From: Candidatus Kaiserbacteria bacterium
Lineage (GTDB): Bacteria > Patescibacteriota > Minisyncoccia > Phycocordibacterales > UBA2100
NCBI GenBank assembly: GCA_023267655.1
Contig: JAHFMV010000004.1
Location: 10,044 to 74,043, forward strand
Length of the DNA: 64,000 nt
Reading direction: 5' to 3'
Below, piece after piece: positions 60,484 to 64,000 of the stretch (position 1 is the stretch's first letter; each line of letters starts with the position of its first letter). The notes under the pieces were generated by a model. The model had not been told where the DNA came from and made no database searches. It worked only from the letters and a program-made list of their open reading frames with translations. The position numbers were made by a program, and so were the translations under genes.

Positions 60484-61761
60484 GACGGAAACATTTCGTT
60501 TGCCGCGCTTCAGAAGCGCAATATTGTTGAAGAAATCCGATTCTTTGAGAATACGATTCACGTCGGTTACTGCCGCGCCCGAAAGATTCACAGCCCCGTC
60601 TTCGACGAACTGCCGCGCTTCACGGTTCGACGTCGCAAGTTTTGATTCCACGAGCGCATCTACGATTGTCATACCGAGTTTGATCGTCGCAGACGGTGCT
60701 TCTTTTTGCAGCATTTTCGCCGTGGACGCGGGAACTTCCGATAAGTTTTTACCTGCAAATAGCACTTCGGAAATACTTTGAGCGCTTTTCGCGGCATCTT
60801 CGCCGTGTACAAGTGTGGTCACTGTCGTTGCAAGTGTGATTTGAGCTCTCCGCTCGGAAGGATTCGCTGCATGCTCCTTGACTAGTGCGTCAATATCATT
60901 TTTCGGCAGGAGCGTCATTTTAAGAAGCATTTCTTCGACAGCATCATCGCTTATATTCAGCCAAAATTGATAAAACTGGTACGGAGAGGTCTTTTTGCTA
61001 TCGAGCCAAACCGTTGTTCCGCCTTCGCTCTTGCCAAATTTCTTGCCGGTCGCTTTGTCGACAAGAAGCGGCCATGAAAAGGCGTATACTTGGTCGCCCG
61101 TCGTCTTGCGGATCAGCTCGACTCCCGAGAGAATATTTCCCCATTGGTCGGAACCGCCGACTTGGAGATCGCAGCCGTACCGTTTGTGCAATTCAAGGTA
61201 ATCGTACGCCTGGAGGAGCATATACGAAAATTCGGTGTAGGAAATTGATTGGTCGGGCGTTTCGAGACGCGGTCGCACGCTGTCGCGCTTGACCATTTCA
61301 TTCACGGTGAAATGCTTGCCGACGTCTCGCAAGAATTCCATCATGCCGATTTTTCGCAGCCAGTCAGCGTTATTTACCATTTCAAAGCCTGCCCCGTTAG
61401 AGGACGAAGTCTCTCTAATGGGGTCAACGCCACCAAGCAGCTGCTTGAACTGTGTGCGTAATGCTTTAGAATTGGCATCAACGGTTTCATCGGAAAGGAG
61501 GTTGCGCTCGGCGCTCTTCCCTCCGGGATCTCCCACCATTCCGGTTCCGCCACCGACAATAACGATGAGCTTATGACCGTCTTCAACGAAACGTCGCAAG
61601 ACAAGGATGCCTTGCAATTGGCCGACATGCATCGAATCAGCGGTTGGGTCGACACCGAGGTAGAGCGTACGCTTCTTGCCATCGGTGATCTCTTCGAGCG
61701 TCTCGCTTGAGTGCTGGTACACATACCCTCGCTCGTGAAGAATTTCGGAAAGCTTCGCCAT
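60469..61761 (-). CDS. tyrS: Tyrosine--tRNA ligase (with 12-aa palindrome-derived insertion)
   Basis: Y.G.DPTADS.HVG, QAYDY, GGSDQWGNI, KFGKS, S4 domain. Confidence 0.97.
   Translation of the reverse strand: MAKLSEILHERGYVYQHSSETLEEITDGKKRTLYLGVDPTADSMHVGQLQGILVLRRFVEDGHKLIVIVGGGTGMVGDPGGKSAERNLLSDETVDANSKALRTQFKQLLGGVDPIRETSSSNGAGFEMVNNADWLRKIGMMEFLRDVGKHFTVNEMVKRDSVRPRLETPDQSISYTEFSYMLLQAYDYLELHKRYGCDLQVGGSDQWGNILSGVELIRKTTGDQVYAFSWPLLVDKATGKKFGKSEGGTTVWLDSKKTSPYQFYQFWLNISDDAVEEMLLKMTLLPKNDIDALVKEHAANPSERRAQITLATTVTTLVHGEDAAKSAQSISEVLFAGKNLSEVPASTAKMLQKEAPSATIKLGMTIVDALVESKLATSNREARQFVEDGAVNLSGAAVTDVNRILKESDFFNNIALLKRGKRNVSVLVLD
61388..61423 (-). repeat. REP-like 36-bp hairpin inserted in-frame in tyrS
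   Basis: Minus strand CCCCATTAGAGAGACTTCGTCCTCTAACGGGGCAGG. Confidence 0.85.
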
Positions 61762-61777
61762 GTCGGGAATATACCAT

Positions 61778-61804
61778 AAAAAAAGACCGCTCCGAAGAAC
61801 GGTC
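61778..61804 (-). terminator. Intrinsic terminator (UUCG loop)
   Basis: GACCGTTC-TTCG-GAGCGGTC-TTTTTTT on minus strand. Confidence 0.75.
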
Positions 61805-61860
61805 GCAGCAGTGTAGTTTGGGTGTGCGGAGTTAACTACTGCTGCCGGGTGATCATACGC

Positions 61861-62262
61861 CTATGCACGAAAATCTCCAATATGCCGATCTTTTTCCAAT
61901 TTCTCGACACCATGTTCGTCAATTCCAAAATGATGTGCGAATTCGTGCCAAATGGTATCAGCTACCACATCGCGCACGTCGAGTTTGTCCTCTCTCGCCG
62001 CTTCCGAAATTGGTAGCTGGTAGAGAGTAATCGTATCCGGCAACGTCATGCCCACGCCGTACATTTCTCCACGCTCCAAAAGTGGAATTCCCTTGTAGAG
62101 GCCGAGTAACGTCTCGTCATCCTCGAGACCTTGTAATTCCCTGTCTTCTCGCGACGGTTCATCTTCTACTAAAATCGCGACGTTCTTGATTTTCGCCCGC
62201 ACCCATGCGGGTAGTCGATCAAATCCTTCCGCAACGAGCTTTTCAAATTCATCCAACGTCAT
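61861..62262 (-). CDS. Zincin-like metallopeptidase family protein
   Basis: LLGLY.G, PD.ITLY, HEFAHHFG. Confidence 0.88.
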   Translation of the reverse strand: MTLDEFEKLVAEGFDRLPAWVRAKIKNVAILVEDEPSREDRELQGLEDDETLLGLYKGIPLLERGEMYGVGMTLPDTITLYQLPISEAAREDKLDVRDVVADTIWHEFAHHFGIDEHGVEKLEKDRHIGDFRA

Positions 62263-62269
62263 TGGCGCA

Positions 62270-62809
62270 TTATGCGCTGGGATTTACCAATTCCGCAAAT
62301 CGCTTGCGGACTTTCGCTATTTTCGGCTCGATGATAAGTTGGCAGTACGGCGCACTTTTGTTGGTTTTGAAATAATCTTTGTGGTACGACTCTGCGGGAT
62401 AAAACATGTCGAGTGGAAGTACTTGCGTGACAACACGAGAGCCGTCCGAGAGGGATTTTTGCACGTCATCGATGATTGTGTCGGCAATTTTCTTTTCAGA
62501 ATCATCGTTATAAAAAATTACCGATCGATACTGTTCGCCCACATCGTTCCCCTGCCGATTTGGTGTCGTCGGATCATGTGAGCCGAAGAAAACTGTGAGG
62601 AGATCTTCGTAGCTTATGACGCTAGGATCATAGGTGACTCGGATAACCTCTGCATGACCGGTATTCCCTTCGGATACACGTTCATACGAAGGATTTTCCA
62701 TCGCACCGCCTGCATACCCCGGCTCAACTTTTGAGACGCCCTTCAACATTTGGAATACCGCCTCCGTGCACCAGAAGCATCCTCCACCAAAAACTGCAGT
62801 TTTTTGCAT
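62270..62809 (-). CDS. msrA: Peptide methionine (S)-sulfoxide reductase
   Basis: GGCFWCTE, GHAE, NRQGND.G.QYRS, AE.YH..Y. Confidence 0.96.
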   Translation of the reverse strand: MQKTAVFGGGCFWCTEAVFQMLKGVSKVEPGYAGGAMENPSYERVSEGNTGHAEVIRVTYDPSVISYEDLLTVFFGSHDPTTPNRQGNDVGEQYRSVIFYNDDSEKKIADTIIDDVQKSLSDGSRVVTQVLPLDMFYPAESYHKDYFKTNKSAPYCQLIIEPKIAKVRKRFAELVNPSA

Positions 62810-62815
62810 AGTGGC

Positions 62816-63733
62816 TCAAATGGCGCCGTTTGAGCCGGCCGCGGACTCAAACCGCTGTAATTTTGATACGTTATACATCGCAAAGAGTAGGACGAGCGCC
62901 GCGAGATATTGGCTCCAGTTAAGCGTGACACCGTAGAGCAGGTAATCTATGAGAACTGCGGTCATCGGAAATGCGAGTTCCACAATCGCGGAAATACGTA
63001 CGGGAGTTGTGCGGAGGCCGCGGTAGTAGATCCACAACGCGAGCATACCGGTTGATACGGCGATCAGAGCGAGGGTCGCGTACTGCGCGCCTGTAACGGC
63101 GCTTAACGATGGCAGCGCGCCCATTGCAAAGACAAAAATAAATGCGATCGGGACAGTAAGAAGAAAGCGCACACCGGTAATCAACGTGTTCGAATGATTG
63201 AGGAGCGCAAAGCGTGAAAGCGCCGTGGATGATCCCCATGCGATTGCAGCGGCGAGGGCGAAAAGTGCCGCGGTGACGTACGCGCCGCCTGCTGCAAAAT
63301 TCACGACGCCCATCGGGAATGTGACGAAATAGCCGGCCACAAGTGCGAGCAACGCCCAAAGCCAATAGCGCGTACTCGGAACTTCTTTGAGAACTGCCCA
63401 CGCCATTGCGATCGCGAAAATCGGCTGCAATTTTTGAATGAGAAAGACAACGCTAAACGGAATGAAATTAACCTTAAGAAGCGCAGTAGTAAAAAACAGT
63501 GTACCGAGAACCCCCGAGAGGAGCGCGACGACACCGAGTGCGTACCATTCCTTTGCTTCAAGCGCTTCCTTTTTCCACGCGCGAAAGAGGAACGGCGAAA
63601 TAATGATGAGCCCGATTAAATGCTCAAAAAAGACGATCGTGATCGGCGGCAAGCTGTAGAGCGATCGTCGTAAAATTCCATCGAGGCCCCATAAAATGGC
63701 GGCGATAAATATAAAGAATGGTCCGTAGCTCAT
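62816..63733 (-). CDS. EamA/DMT family transporter
   Basis: 305 aa, two EamA-like halves, LKE motif. Confidence 0.88.
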   Translation of the reverse strand: MSYGPFFIFIAAILWGLDGILRRSLYSLPPITIVFFEHLIGLIIISPFLFRAWKKEALEAKEWYALGVVALLSGVLGTLFFTTALLKVNFIPFSVVFLIQKLQPIFAIAMAWAVLKEVPSTRYWLWALLALVAGYFVTFPMGVVNFAAGGAYVTAALFALAAAIAWGSSTALSRFALLNHSNTLITGVRFLLTVPIAFIFVFAMGALPSLSAVTGAQYATLALIAVSTGMLALWIYYRGLRTTPVRISAIVELAFPMTAVLIDYLLYGVTLNWSQYLAALVLLFAMYNVSKLQRFESAAGSNGAI

Positions 63734-63850
63734 CCCGTTAGAAATCGGACGCGGACGCGGTGCATCCGTACCTCGATTTATTATTTTTTGTAAAACTATT
63801 CAGGGGCGTCAATAAATCATATGAACCGAGTCCGCTATTTCTAACGGGAT
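63732..63850. mobile_element. MITE-like 119-bp inverted-repeat element at the EamA start
   Basis: 14-bp perfect IR ATCCCGTTAGAAAT/ATTTCTAACGGGAT, further imperfect pairing inside. Confidence 0.7.
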
Positions 63851-63878
63851 TCATGACAGGAGTATACCAGAAAAATAT

Positions 63879-64000
63879 TTAATCTGATTTGGGGCGAAGT
63901 AGCGGGAAGATCTGTGCCTCGTGCGCCGGTCGATTTTCGAGAAATGAGAAGAGTCGTTCCGAGACGCCGAAACCAAATGCCGGTGGCATACCGTATTCCA
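63879..64000 (-). CDS. lysS: Lysine--tRNA ligase, 3' end (partial)
   Basis: Manual translation EYGMPPAFGFGVSERL..QIFPLLRP, class II motif 3. Confidence 0.85.
   Translation of the reverse strand, partial: EYGMPPAFGFGVSERLFSFLENRPAHEAQIFPLLRPKSD

Noticed and set aside
61778-61860. T-box riboswitch upstream of tyrS
   Set aside because: Region is under 100 nt, has no T-box consensus, and tyrS has its own -10 box downstream of the terminator.

Overview
A gene-dense bacterial chromosome segment (genetic code 11). Gene content, reduced enzyme versions and largely Shine-Dalgarno-less starts suggest Patescibacteria/CPR (Parcubacteria-like); this placement is inference. Core genes: ahcY, a complete F1Fo ATP synthase cluster interrupted by two ORFans, an RND efflux pair, ychF, leuS (with an inserted NUDIX domain), cysS, gltX, aspS, trpS, tyrS, partial lysS, rplI/rpmA/rplU, mraY-ftsW-murG, ddl, murB, scpAB, uvrABC, rmuC, msrA and tRNA-Ala(TGC). 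There is one intact IS982-family element with a 7-bp target duplication and one Xer recombinase beside a dif-like site, where gene orientation flips (probable replication terminus). The most striking signal is a set of small palindromic or periodic repeats. (1) A 33-36 bp hairpin (CCCC...GGGGCRGG) sits in-frame inside atpD, tyrS and a third ORF. As a 35-bp frameshifting copy it sits in the first codons of ychF and an RNHCP gene, each followed by a second, diverged copy of the gene's 5' end. (2) Heptamer-periodic arrays at gene junctions supply stop codons in all frames and, in four cases, a portable -10 box plus ATG. Two structured ncRNA candidates (a 6S-like rod at about 36.8-36.95 kb and a promoter/terminator-bounded RNA at about 47.18-47.30 kb) are also visible.
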